A DNA stretch of 64,000 bases. Source: an uncultured Bacilli bacterium (lineage in GTDB: Bacteria; Bacillota_I; Bacilli_A; RFN20; CAG-826). The number at the start of each line of letters is the position of its first letter. The first letter of the stretch is position 1. The notes beneath the pieces are model-generated. The model was not told where the DNA came from. It ran no database searches and saw only the letters and a program-made list of their open reading frames with translations. The position numbers and the translations under genes were made by a program. The stretch lies in assembly GCA_944350425.1 (NCBI GenBank), contig CALVOX010000002.1, positions 83,649 through 147,648 on the forward strand, in the 5' to 3' direction. Of the stretch, positions 1 to 10,019 are shown piece after piece.

Positions 1-155
1 ATGTTTCAACATCTAAAGATAAACTATATTATATTAATTATGATACAAATGAAGTTTATTTATCTAACTTAGAATCAAAAGAAGTAAATTCATTATATTC
101 TTATATTGAAACTTATGGTGCTACACTCTATTCTTCTTTGATTAAATTATTTTAA
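1..155 (+). CDS. 3' end of a hypothetical protein running in from outside the window
   Basis: Open frame from position 3 (VSTSKDKLYYINY...SSLIKLF) to TAA at 153-155, convergent with mcrC. Confidence 0.5.
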   Translation, partial: VSTSKDKLYYINYDTNEVYLSNLESKEVNSLYSYIETYGATLYSSLIKLF

Positions 156-156
156 T

Positions 157-1503
157 TTACAAAGGCGATATTCCTAAAATTTCATCAAAACATTTAAATA
201 AACGAGAAAAATCTCTTTTATTAATTTCATCTTTAGTTAATACAAACGGAATTTTTGCTACTATAATCTTAGGTTTTTGAAAGTTATTCTCAATATTTAA
301 AGTTTTAGTAACTATTTCAAAATTAGTATTATTTTTTAAAGGATAAAGCAAAATACCGATATTTGATTTATAGAATAAGACATAGTTAACAATTTGGTAA
401 ATATCATTTCTTTTAACATCGTCAAAACCATTTATATCTTTATACTTTGTATCTAAAATACATATAACATTATCGTTACTATCTTTAATCAGATTATCTG
501 TTTTTAGTGGAAATTTATTAGAATCTAAAAATAGTTTTCCATCATTATATTGCGGATAATTACAATATATTGATTTTTCTTTATTTAAAATAGTTAAATA
601 ATCATTTATCCTATTTGTAATAAATTTTTCGAATAATATATCCATTTTAAAGATAAAGCAAAAATTAATACCATTTTGCGAATTACTTTTTATATCAATA
701 TCAATCATTCCTTTTAAAATTATCTTAGCTAACAAAATTACATTTTTATAATCTTTATTTAATGCATTAAAATGAATTGATTCTATTAATCTTTTGAATA
801 ATTTTAAGTTTATATCACTTACTTCTTCAAATATAATCGATAATCTTTTCAATTTAGATTTATTTCGAAAACTTTTAGTTTTATTTAAAAATAGTTTTAT
901 ACAAAATTTTAAAATTTGATTAATATTATTATCAAAGCTAAAAACAACATATTCACAATTCAATAGATGTTTCTTTCCGTTAATATAGTTTTTAACATAA
1001 TTGTTAAAAACTATTCTACCACATACTTTATTTAAATCAGCATTACGCTCAATGTATGAATAATTTGGTTTTATAGCTAATAAACGGTCGATTTCATTAA
1101 TAAATTGAGTAATCAAAAACTCAAAACATGTTTCTTTATCATAATTAATCATATTTTCAGTTTTTTTGAATTTAACATTAAAGTAATCTTCTAGGTATAG
1201 ATTAAAATTATCAATGAATAAATTAAAACTTTCCTTCGAGTTAATTTCATCAAAAGGAAAAGGAAAAATATGAAAAATAGTATCTTTAAATATTATCTCT
1301 CCTAAATAGTGATTAATACGAAATGTTCTAGATGATAAATTAATTGAGATAATGGAATTGTCATCTTCTTCTTTGTTTACAAATAAATTATTTTCTAGGA
1401 CAATGTACTTTTTTATAAAGTTACAAAAATCTTCTATATCCTCTAGACTCCGATTTTTAGGAAATTCGATATTTTCTTTATCGAAACGATTTAATAAATG
1501 CAT
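157..1503 (-). CDS. mcrC: McrC-family restriction endonuclease subunit
   Basis: Directly downstream of mcrB. PD-(D/E)xK-type C-terminus (KTDNLI...ILDTKYK...DIYQIVNY...GILLYP), plus LFEKFI and GRI/DNNINQILK McrC-like segments. Confidence 0.85.
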   Translation of the reverse strand: MHLLNRFDKENIEFPKNRSLEDIEDFCNFIKKYIVLENNLFVNKEEDDNSIISINLSSRTFRINHYLGEIIFKDTIFHIFPFPFDEINSKESFNLFIDNFNLYLEDYFNVKFKKTENMINYDKETCFEFLITQFINEIDRLLAIKPNYSYIERNADLNKVCGRIVFNNYVKNYINGKKHLLNCEYVVFSFDNNINQILKFCIKLFLNKTKSFRNKSKLKRLSIIFEEVSDINLKLFKRLIESIHFNALNKDYKNVILLAKIILKGMIDIDIKSNSQNGINFCFIFKMDILFEKFITNRINDYLTILNKEKSIYCNYPQYNDGKLFLDSNKFPLKTDNLIKDSNDNVICILDTKYKDINGFDDVKRNDIYQIVNYVLFYKSNIGILLYPLKNNTNFEIVTKTLNIENNFQKPKIIVAKIPFVLTKDEINKRDFSRLFKCFDEILGISPL

Positions 1504-1506
1504 ATT

Positions 1507-3273
1507 TTAATTTCTTTTAACTGTAATTCGCCCAAATGAAAAAGAATCATTACTGATATCATCGCCAGTTGCAACAGTTACACATTGGCTATACTTAATA
1601 TTATTATCGTTATCATTGATTACGCTATCTAACGAATATTCTAAAATTTCCTTTACTTCATTTTTATTATCTGAGCAAATTTCATAAAGCAGAGGAATAA
1701 TTTTAAAATTTAAAACAAATATTAAATGATCAATTGAATCATCAAAAGTTTTATCATCATCAGAATCATACATAAAATACGAATGACCAATAACTAAGTC
1801 ATCGTTTTGATATTTTTCTTTAATTTTCTTATTTAAACGAACATAAAAGTTTTTATAATTATCATCAACAATCTCAGGATTAATTTTAATCTCAAAGAAA
1901 TTAAACCTTCTTCTTAAGGCTACATCAATTAAGGAAATAGATTTATCGCTCGAATTCATTGTGCCTATAATAAAAAGGTTATTTGGAACACTGAAATCTT
2001 CGTTATTTGGTAATTTTATAGTTTCACCTCTTTTAGAAGACTCAATTAATGTTATTAGTTCACCAAAAATACGAGAGATATTTCCTCTATTAATCTCGTC
2101 AATAATTAAACAGTAATTATTATTTGGGTTTTCTGATGCTTTTTCGCAAATGTTTTTGAAAATACCATTTTTCCAAACAAATAATAAATTATTTTCAACA
2201 ACTTTTGGTCTTATACCACCAATAAAATCTTCATAAGAATAACTTTGATGAAAGGTTATAAAAGAAATTCTACCTTCTTCCACTAATGCATTGTATTGCT
2301 CAATAGGATATTCGTAATCTTCGCCAATGTCAAAATCATCATTCTCTAATTTCGGATCTTCATTCATTGCAAGTTTCACAGCAAGATATACTGATGTATA
2401 TGTTTTTCCAGTACCTGGTACACCATATAGAATTATATTATGATATTTTGACTTATCAACAAGTTGCACTCTACTTACATCTACTTCTTGTTTGCTGTCA
2501 ATATCAGAGCTTTCTTTACGGGTTAAATCGTTAACAATCTTTTGAATAACATTATTTTCAGGAATACATAAATTAAATGAATTCAATTTCAAACTTATAA
2601 GACCATTAACAATTAATCGATCATAATCTTTTTTATCAATATTTAAAAAATTCGAAACTTTACTAATCCAGTTCCAATTATACCAACAAGAAAAAATATT
2701 TGGATAAAGTATGGAAAGATACTTAAAAATCCACATATTATATAGCTTAAAGTTAAATTTATTATTTGCCTTGTCATTCAATTCTTTTGCTTTATCGTAT
2801 ATTAATTGATTTAACTCAAAATAATCGGTTTCAGTTACTTTTTCCTTAACCGAAATAGATTTGGCTTTAGTTAAAATATCAAATAAAATTTGAAGAAATA
2901 TTGGTGCTAATGATTTAATTTCGTCTTCACTAATTTCTCTCGTTTTTCCAGTTCTCCAAGACCCGCTGGAGCCAAACCATAAAGGAAATTTAGCAGAGCT
3001 ACCTCCTTTAATTGAACCATTATTAATAAATCTTTTGTCTCTTTCTATTACATAAATCAAAGAAAATGAATCTTTATTACCGAAAAAATGCTTCATAAAA
3101 TCCAATCGGTCAAAGTCATTATTTTCCTTAACTTTGTTTAAATAAGTTAAACCATATTCTTTTTCAAACCAATCTCTATTTGGTTCAAACGAATTTTTTA
3201 AACCTATAATAAATTGATCATTCATATCATTATATTTATTAAGTATCGCTTGTTTTAATTCATTTTCATTCAT
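1507..3273 (-). CDS. mcrB: McrB-family AAA+ GTPase (restriction specificity/motor subunit)
   Basis: GVPGTGKT Walker A, FHQSYSYEDFIGG, IIDEINRGN Walker B, GTMNSSD (NxxD), ALRRRF, GHSYF. The N-terminal ~260 aa domain is not recognised. Confidence 0.9.
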   Translation of the reverse strand: MNENELKQAILNKYNDMNDQFIIGLKNSFEPNRDWFEKEYGLTYLNKVKENNDFDRLDFMKHFFGNKDSFSLIYVIERDKRFINNGSIKGGSSAKFPLWFGSSGSWRTGKTREISEDEIKSLAPIFLQILFDILTKAKSISVKEKVTETDYFELNQLIYDKAKELNDKANNKFNFKLYNMWIFKYLSILYPNIFSCWYNWNWISKVSNFLNIDKKDYDRLIVNGLISLKLNSFNLCIPENNVIQKIVNDLTRKESSDIDSKQEVDVSRVQLVDKSKYHNIILYGVPGTGKTYTSVYLAVKLAMNEDPKLENDDFDIGEDYEYPIEQYNALVEEGRISFITFHQSYSYEDFIGGIRPKVVENNLLFVWKNGIFKNICEKASENPNNNYCLIIDEINRGNISRIFGELITLIESSKRGETIKLPNNEDFSVPNNLFIIGTMNSSDKSISLIDVALRRRFNFFEIKINPEIVDDNYKNFYVRLNKKIKEKYQNDDLVIGHSYFMYDSDDDKTFDDSIDHLIFVLNFKIIPLLYEICSDNKNEVKEILEYSLDSVINDNDNNIKYSQCVTVATGDDISNDSFSFGRITVKRN

Positions 3274-3405
3274 ATTATTTCCACCAAGTTTGTCACAACT
3301 TCAAAAAGTTTATCATAATTTAAGTTAATTTTAAATATGCCCAAAATCCCAAAATAATGTTTTCAACTTTGCGTTTATCTATTGATAGAAGTTAATTGGT
3401 AATTT

Positions 3406-3447
3406 AAAAAAAGGAGGGGAAGTTTGTTGTTTGTCGTCCCTCCTTTT
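3406..3447 (-). terminator. Probable intrinsic terminator between lipoprotein gene 3553-6141 and mcrB
   Basis: AAAAGGAGGG...CCCTCCTTTT inverted repeat, followed by a T-run on the minus strand. Confidence 0.5.
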
Positions 3448-3552
3448 ATTTTAAAAATTTTACTAATTTTGCCTTAAACCTCTAGAAACCTGTAAGGTTT
3501 AAAGGCTTTTTTTACACTTATCTTATATTTGAAATTTTTAAATTGTTTTTAA

Positions 3553-6141
3553 TCATTCATCAATTACTACATCATAATAAGTGACTGTCGTCCCATCTTC
3601 TTCTACAACTCTACTGATGGTTTTATATCCTTCAACAAGAAAGTTTTCGGTAGGATTTTCACTTAATGAATTACTTGGATCATAGCTTTCAAATGTTCCT
3701 CCACGAACATAGAATTTACCATCACAGCCATCAATTAAATTTAAAGTATAATAGCGGTTACTATATTCGACTGGGTCTAAATATGTACCTCCATTAACAT
3801 AAGCTTTAGATGAGTCATCTAATTGTATAACGGTCATATGGAAATTATATGTTCCATCTTCAACTGTAATCATTGAATTATTAGCTAATCTGAAATAGAA
3901 ACCTAATGAGTTTTCATTTTCTCCCTCTAAAACTAATGAGAAATTAGGATTTCCATAAACTCTTAAAGAAGAATTATCAAATAAATCAAATACTGCTTCT
4001 TTTCCTAAAACTACATTTTTTTCATTAAAATCAATTTCAATAGCTAAATCATTTCTTAAATAAATTGATTCATTAACTTCTAAAGATGTAACACTATCAT
4101 CAACTTTAAAATTTAAAGTTGATGTAAATTTATACCCACTTAATTTATTAACTAATAAAAGTTGTTCTGCACTACTAATAATTAATGGATTTTCAACACT
4201 TCCACTACCGCCATTAAACTTAACACCGTCAACTTTTACTGATTTCTCTTTAACAAAGGTATCTCCATCATAATATGCCGATGAATATAATTGTCCATCA
4301 ACGAAAACATTATTTTTAAGTGTGTTAAGAGAATCATCAATTGTTAAAAGAACTTTATCACCTAAAGAATTAATATAAACTCTTCCTTCACTATCTTTAA
4401 ATTGTTCATAAGAAGAAGAATCACTAATAATAGTTACATTATTTTCTTCGCTTTCACCATTTGCGTAAAGTAAATATGGTTTTTCTGGATCGGTTACAGG
4501 TGTTTCATCAGTTAATAATGATATTTCACTATTACTATCATTTATACTAGTAAGTTCATTAACTGTAACCCCACTCATTGTTAATTTGGTAGTTGTACTA
4601 TATGCATTTGCTTCATTATTACCTAAAGTAACAGCAGCAACAGGAACACCATTTCCTGTAAACCATTCTCCATCATAGCAATGTGGTAAGGTTGAATAAT
4701 AGTCATTACCGGTATAATTTAAAGTAGTATTTTCTAAAGTAACTTCGCCACCACGAACGACAACCGCTTGTCTGTCACCTTCAATTGTTGAATCTCTAAC
4801 GACAACTTCAGCGCTAACATTAATAAATAATCCAGTATTTGTATATAAATTTTCATTAGCAGTTAAATCGCCTTCGTGCAATGTTGAAATCGTACTGTTC
4901 TCGATAGTAATGCTAATTTGATCTGTTTCAGCCGATCCCTTAGAAGCATTAGTGCCTACTCCATAATCACCTGCATGAATAACACTATCTCTAATTACAA
5001 TATCACTACCAACAGATTGAGTATAAATGGCCGTACCATTAGTTTCGACTTCCATATTATCTAAAACAATATTGTTATTAGTACAATCTCCTCGAAGGGC
5101 AAATAAAGATAATCCGCCATCACGCATTTGATTAGCTTCAATTTTACCATTCTTATAAGTTAATGTTGTATCGCTTGCAACCTTAATAGGAGATACAGTT
5201 GTAGTTGGATCTTGAGCAACAAATTCAATTGTATTTCCATTTAAATCTAAGCTTAATTCTTCTAAGGTTTCGCTAGTTGATGGTAAAGCATCAACTTTAT
5301 TTTCGCCAGTAAAATCAGCATTTTCACTTAATTTGAAATAGCTTTCGCCTGTATTAGTAATTTCAGTAAATTGCTCTTTACTTTCAACCAATAAAGGATC
5401 TTCACTAGTTCCACTACCGCCCTCAAAAACAACGGCATCTTTAACAACAGTTCCTTCAGTAATAATATTACCTAATCCATCAACTAAGCCACCTTCATAC
5501 TTTTGACCATCTTTATAATAAGAAGTCTCTCCAGTAGCAGACACTTCTCCAAAAGTTGCTGAAACTACAAAGCCACCTTCTTGCATTGCTAAAGTATAAG
5601 AAACTTCACTATTTTCTACAGTTGCCTCAGGCAAGGTGACTTCTTCTCCATTATTAAAGATTAATAATGATGATAAAAGATAGCCGCTATCAGGAACAAC
5701 AGTGAAAGTAACATCTTCTCCAACTAAAGCACTACCAGCACTTGGAATTACATATCCACCTTCACTAGGTAGAATTGTATTAGACCATGCAGTTTTTCCA
5801 TCTTGACCATTACTTCCTGAAGAACCACTACTTCCATCTTCGCCTTTAATATTCATAACAAGTGACCATGTTCCATTATCTTTTTGATATAAATCACCTG
5901 TTTTAGAATCGATGTAAATATCGCTGTCTTTTCCTAGACTATCTTCTGGTTTTCCTTCGCCAGTTAAAATTAAAGAACCGTCTTGCCCGTCTTCACCATT
6001 TTCTCCGGCAGGACCTTCTGGACCTTGTGGACCTTCTGGGCCGATTGGACCTTGTTCGCCTTGATTATTACATGAAGTTATACCCATACCGACGATTGAG
6101 CATAAAGCAAATAAACTTAAAAATAATTTTCTTTTTTGCAT
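3553..6141 (-). CDS. Surface lipoprotein, collagen-like + B-repeat + GLUG/beta-helix modules (family member A)
   Basis: Lipobox ITSC, Gly-X-Y run (GEQGPIGPEGPQGPEGPAGENG), two FxGGSG-x2-E(D/N)PL modules and beta-helix-like repeats. Confidence 0.85.
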   Translation of the reverse strand: MQKRKLFLSLFALCSIVGMGITSCNNQGEQGPIGPEGPQGPEGPAGENGEDGQDGSLILTGEGKPEDSLGKDSDIYIDSKTGDLYQKDNGTWSLVMNIKGEDGSSGSSGSNGQDGKTAWSNTILPSEGGYVIPSAGSALVGEDVTFTVVPDSGYLLSSLLIFNNGEEVTLPEATVENSEVSYTLAMQEGGFVVSATFGEVSATGETSYYKDGQKYEGGLVDGLGNIITEGTVVKDAVVFEGGSGTSEDPLLVESKEQFTEITNTGESYFKLSENADFTGENKVDALPSTSETLEELSLDLNGNTIEFVAQDPTTTVSPIKVASDTTLTYKNGKIEANQMRDGGLSLFALRGDCTNNNIVLDNMEVETNGTAIYTQSVGSDIVIRDSVIHAGDYGVGTNASKGSAETDQISITIENSTISTLHEGDLTANENLYTNTGLFINVSAEVVVRDSTIEGDRQAVVVRGGEVTLENTTLNYTGNDYYSTLPHCYDGEWFTGNGVPVAAVTLGNNEANAYSTTTKLTMSGVTVNELTSINDSNSEISLLTDETPVTDPEKPYLLYANGESEENNVTIISDSSSYEQFKDSEGRVYINSLGDKVLLTIDDSLNTLKNNVFVDGQLYSSAYYDGDTFVKEKSVKVDGVKFNGGSGSVENPLIISSAEQLLLVNKLSGYKFTSTLNFKVDDSVTSLEVNESIYLRNDLAIEIDFNEKNVVLGKEAVFDLFDNSSLRVYGNPNFSLVLEGENENSLGFYFRLANNSMITVEDGTYNFHMTVIQLDDSSKAYVNGGTYLDPVEYSNRYYTLNLIDGCDGKFYVRGGTFESYDPSNSLSENPTENFLVEGYKTISRVVEEDGTTVTYYDVVIDE

Positions 6142-6164
6142 TTTAAAAACCTCTAATTACTAAA

Positions 6165-6193
6165 ACTCTATCTTAAAAAAAAAAAAAACGCAA
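6165..6193 (-). promoter_or_regulatory. Promoter with poly(T)14 in spacer: TTGCGT-17bp-TAGAGT
   Basis: A14 at 6175-6188 on +. On - it reads TTGCG-T14-AAGA-TAGAGT, followed by a GAGG RBS and the ATG at 6141. Confidence 0.7.
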
Positions 6194-6247
6194 GGCTTCG
6201 ATATACATTTCTTGTGTGAAATAAATTTTTGTCTTTTTATAAACATC

Positions 6248-6285
6248 AAAAAAATGGGAAGCGATACTTTTTTTGCTTCCCATTT
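6248..6285 (-). terminator. Intrinsic terminator of gene 6303-8285
   Basis: AAATGGGAAGC...GCTTCCCATTT hairpin with a T-run on the minus strand. Confidence 0.75.
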
Positions 6286-6302
6286 ATTAAATAGATTAGA
6301 AA

Positions 6303-8285
6303 TTACTTAATTGAATTAAGATTAACTGTTGAAGACATTCCAACAATTTCGCCTTCTGCGTTATATAATTCAATCATAAGTGTAATATTATTTACTGCTT
6401 TTAGAGTTAAGTTATCGCTATATCCTTCACCATTATTAAATTTGCCACTATCATGATAAACGACGTAAGCGCCATCTTCATAAGCCCATCTTGTTTCGTT
6501 AACTCCTAATGTTTCATCAACTTTAACTACTTCATTTAAAGTTGTTACATAAAGGCTAGTTGCAGTACTGCTTGTTAAATCAGAAATTGTATATTCATCA
6601 GAATATAAATCACTTAATAAAGTTCCGCTTACTTTTTCATCATTTTCATAAGCTTGTAAATATGTACTCAATCTAATTTTAAGAGTTACTGCATCTTCTG
6701 GTAAACTAGAACCGTTAACTTGTAACATCAAGGAATTATTTTCACCTTTAGTTAATGTGAAATTATTATTTAATTCGATAACTGGAAGAACTTTTACAAG
6801 ACTTTCGTCGATTGTATTATTTTCTAAAGTTAATTCTGAATAATATAATTCATATTTTTCTTCACTTTGACCTGGGCAAGCAATAAATGTATTTGCACCG
6901 TTATATCCGATTATACTTCCTTCGTTAACGCAGTTTTTAAATACAAACTTAGCATCAGCGTTTTGACCAGCACTATAATTTCCAACAAATGCTGCAACAT
7001 CTCTACCTCTTATATTTCCATAATTTTTGCAGCCATCAAAAATTACTTCACAAGGTGTATTTGGTGTTGATGCTACGTAACCTCCTAAAATTCCAGAACC
7101 ATATCCTGCCCCAAAGTCTAGATTATAATAGTTAACAATATTCTTGAAAGTAAATTGTTCGCCACTATATCCAGATCTAGCAAAAGCAACAATTGGTCCG
7201 TTATTATTAGAAGCTGTGTAATATTGACCATTTACATCTGCAGGAACTCCTGAAGTAAGATTTTCAAAATTTGAGCCTGTTTCAGCAACATAGATAAAGC
7301 TTCCAATTGATCCGTCAGCATCAGGTGTACAAATAATTGTACCGTTTTTTAAAGTTCCATAATATCCATTAATATAGGAATTATCTTCTCTAGTTAAAAC
7401 TTTTGCATTTAAATCAATGCTTCCCTTAAAAGAAACACCTTCTTCTACTGTATCTAAAGAAACATCATTATTTAATTTAATACTATAATTAGAGCCGCTA
7501 ACGTCAGTATTGTTAAAAACATTATGTATTTGTTCATCAGTTGAAACTTGTAAAGGATCGCTTTCACTTCCGCTACCGCCTTCAAATAATTTTTCTCCAG
7601 CAACACCTTCACTTATAACGTTTCCGGCTGCATCAAGTTCAGCACCAGTATATATAACCCCATCTTTAAAGTATGTAGTTCTTGTAGTAGTTTCATCTTT
7701 ACTCACAAAGTTAGCTTGTACGACCATGCCGTTTTTAACCATTGTAGTTACAAATTCACCAACGCCATCAACATAATCGATTTCATTATAAGTTGTTCCA
7801 TTAATTACTAACGAATCAAATGTATAGCCATCTTCAACATGAATATAGAAAGTAACTTCCGTTCCTTCTATTGCACTACCAACACTTGGAATAACATATC
7901 CTCCTTCGCTTGGCAAAATTGTATTAGACCATGCTGTTTTTCCATCTTGACCATTACTCCCTGAAGAACCGTTACTTCCATCTTCACCTTTAATATTCAT
8001 AACAAGTGACCATGTTCCATTTTCTTTTTGATATAAATCACCTGTCTTAGAATCGATGTAAATATCGCTATCTTTCCCTAGACTATCTTCTGGTTTTCCT
8101 TCTCCAGTTAAAATTAATGAACCGTCTTGTCCGTCTTCACCATTTTCTCCGGCAGGACCTTCAGGGCCTTGTGGTCCTTCTGGACCGATTGGACCTTGTT
8201 CGCCTTGATTATTACATGAAGTAATGCCCATACCGACGATTGAGCATAAAGCAAGCAAACTTAAAAATAATTTTCTTTTTTGCAT
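6303..8285 (-). CDS. Surface lipoprotein, collagen-like + GLUG module (family member B)
   Basis: First ~135 aa nearly identical to member A. One FEGGSGSESDPL module, then a different C-terminal passenger (CKNYGNI/CVNEGSI repeats). Confidence 0.85.
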   Translation of the reverse strand: MQKRKLFLSLLALCSIVGMGITSCNNQGEQGPIGPEGPQGPEGPAGENGEDGQDGSLILTGEGKPEDSLGKDSDIYIDSKTGDLYQKENGTWSLVMNIKGEDGSNGSSGSNGQDGKTAWSNTILPSEGGYVIPSVGSAIEGTEVTFYIHVEDGYTFDSLVINGTTYNEIDYVDGVGEFVTTMVKNGMVVQANFVSKDETTTRTTYFKDGVIYTGAELDAAGNVISEGVAGEKLFEGGSGSESDPLQVSTDEQIHNVFNNTDVSGSNYSIKLNNDVSLDTVEEGVSFKGSIDLNAKVLTREDNSYINGYYGTLKNGTIICTPDADGSIGSFIYVAETGSNFENLTSGVPADVNGQYYTASNNNGPIVAFARSGYSGEQFTFKNIVNYYNLDFGAGYGSGILGGYVASTPNTPCEVIFDGCKNYGNIRGRDVAAFVGNYSAGQNADAKFVFKNCVNEGSIIGYNGANTFIACPGQSEEKYELYYSELTLENNTIDESLVKVLPVIELNNNFTLTKGENNSLMLQVNGSSLPEDAVTLKIRLSTYLQAYENDEKVSGTLLSDLYSDEYTISDLTSSTATSLYVTTLNEVVKVDETLGVNETRWAYEDGAYVVYHDSGKFNNGEGYSDNLTLKAVNNITLMIELYNAEGEIVGMSSTVNLNSIK

Positions 8286-8308
8286 TTTTAAATACCTCGA
8301 GTGTCGAA

Positions 8309-8331
8309 ACTCTACCTTAAAAAAAACGCAA
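8309..8331 (-). promoter_or_regulatory. Promoter with poly(T)8 in spacer: TTGCGT-11bp-TAGAGT
   Basis: A8 at 8319-8326 on +. Same -35 and -10 hexamers as member A, but a shorter tract. Confidence 0.65.
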
Positions 8332-8436
8332 GACTTCGGGAAAGTATTTAACCTTAAGCTAGTTTTTTTGTCTTTTTTTGATTTCGTTGAAATTATTTTT
8401 AATATGTCTATATATGATTAAGTCTTTAAATTATAT

Positions 8437-8570
8437 TTAGAGTGCAGAGTTAAAATAATGTCCTCTAGTGTGTTTAGAAGGATTAAATGTTTTAATGTTA
8501 GAATTAGATTCTAAAATAGATTTAAAATTAGCAGGAATAGATTCTACTTCTTATTTAGATTCGTGCTAAA
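8437..8570 (-). repeat. Degenerate direct copy of the 3' end of the U32 gene (10020-10155)
   Basis: Encodes ...ILESNSNIKTFNPSKHTRGHYFNSAL* versus ...HYFKSAL* in the intact gene. Has an internal TAA and a small deletion at its 5' edge. Confidence 0.9.
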
Positions 8571-8590
8571 ATAATAATTAGTGGGTAAAA

Positions 8591-9187
8591 TTATAAACCA
8601 AGAACATATTCCTTGCTAAATTCATCTTTTGTTATTGTAAAACGCACAATATAAGGCTCGTCACTATCGTAATATAGTTTCATTATTTCTAAATCAAGCC
8701 CATCAAAATATTTAGCATTTTCATCCATATAATCGCTTATATTGAAACCATCATATAAATCTTTTGGTATATAGTAGTAATTATTATTCCTTATGTAAAA
8801 TATTGTTCCATTGCTCGATATTGAATATAGTCTTCTCATTTCACCATATCTATAACAATAATATATATCACGGAAATTACCATCTAGAACAATTTCATCC
8901 TTATTCCCTAATTGATAATTATTAATATCTAAAGTAATAGGGAATAACTCTATGAATTCTGTATAAAGAATAACTCTATGAAAATATTGATCGTTTTCCC
9001 AAACTAGCGAAACAAACCAAGGTGCAGAATCATCACTTGGTACAACTACTTTTTCACCATTAAAATAACTCACCGTATAAAATGGTGGTTCTACTTTATT
9101 GACTATTTCTTCTTTTTTACAAGAGGAAATAGTTAATAATGAAATTGTTAATAATAATGTAGTTATATATTTATTCATCTTTTTCAT
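8591..9187 (-). CDS. Lipoprotein, paralog of 9192-9719
   Basis: Lipobox ISSC. Shares EPxxY, PWFxSL, SxNG, YYYxP and FxIxDY segments with its neighbour. Confidence 0.75.
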   Translation of the reverse strand: MKKMNKYITTLLLTISLLTISSCKKEEIVNKVEPPFYTVSYFNGEKVVVPSDDSAPWFVSLVWENDQYFHRVILYTEFIELFPITLDINNYQLGNKDEIVLDGNFRDIYYCYRYGEMRRLYSISSNGTIFYIRNNNYYYIPKDLYDGFNISDYMDENAKYFDGLDLEIMKLYYDSDEPYIVRFTITKDEFSKEYVLGL

Positions 9188-9191
9188 ATAG

Positions 9192-9719
9192 CTAGTAATA
9201 CCAAAGATTTAAAATTCTTAAAATCTCTTCTGGCAAATTATGAGTATCCCAGGAATACTTATCAAAGTAATCAAATATTTCAAAACTAGTACATATCTCC
9301 TGAGGTAAATAATAGTAACTCTTCGTTTCTCCATTATAACGATACAAAAATCCATTCTTAGATAACTGACAACAATCTTTTGTAAGCCTCGTTCGACATG
9401 CTTCTGAAAGTCTTAAATCATTAACAATATCAATAGTGGAAAGATCTGTTAAAGGTAAATAGTTGTCCTCATCTAAAAATGCTTCACCAAAGTTATCTAA
9501 AAAGTAATGATATGGAACAACATCTCCTGCAGTAGAAGCAATCGGATTGTTAAGAGAGAAAAACCATGGTTCTCGATTATCGGTATAAACCTTGTATCCA
9601 TCAAAAGGATAAGGGAGAATGTAGTAAAGTGGTTCTTCCTCAACTATTTCTTCTGTTTCACAAGAAGTTAGTAAGAAAAAAGAACAAGCAAATAATAATA
9701 AAAGCTTCTTACCTAACAT
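9192..9719 (-). CDS. Lipoprotein, paralog of 8591-9187
   Basis: Start moved to ATG 9719 (MLGKKLLL..., AGAGGA RBS). Lipobox LTSC. Confidence 0.75.
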   Translation of the reverse strand: MLGKKLLLLFACSFFLLTSCETEEIVEEEPLYYILPYPFDGYKVYTDNREPWFFSLNNPIASTAGDVVPYHYFLDNFGEAFLDEDNYLPLTDLSTIDIVNDLRLSEACRTRLTKDCCQLSKNGFLYRYNGETKSYYYLPQEICTSFEIFDYFDKYSWDTHNLPEEILRILNLWYY

Positions 9720-9894
9720 AAATTCCTCTACTAACATAGCCATTACAATAAAGGTATGGTGCATATTCTACAGTTATTATATCAGGCCATAAAGAAAGTC
9801 TTCTATCAACATCATCATGATAATTAGATGAAGATAAAAGCAATATAGAAATCAGTAAAAAAATTAACTTTTCAAGTGCTTTTTTTACTCTCAT
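9709..9894 (-). CDS. Small hypothetical secreted/membrane peptide
   Basis: Signal-like hydrophobic N-terminus. Overlaps the start of the next lipoprotein. Confidence 0.4.
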   Translation of the reverse strand: MRVKKALEKLIFLLISILLLSSSNYHDDVDRRLSLWPDIITVEYAPYLYCNGYVSRGIYVR

Positions 9895-10019
9895 AACCTA
9901 AAATTTTGATTGAAACTTATATTCTACTATTAGTATAACAAACTATTAGTCAATATCAATAAGTAGTTAATTTCCATATTGTGCTCTTTACGCTTTATTA
10001 TGAACAACCTCTAAATTAT

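Noticed and set aside
8780-8800. TTATGTAAA as the XerD arm of a dif site
   Set aside because: It lies inside a lipoprotein CDS and lacks a matching XerC arm.
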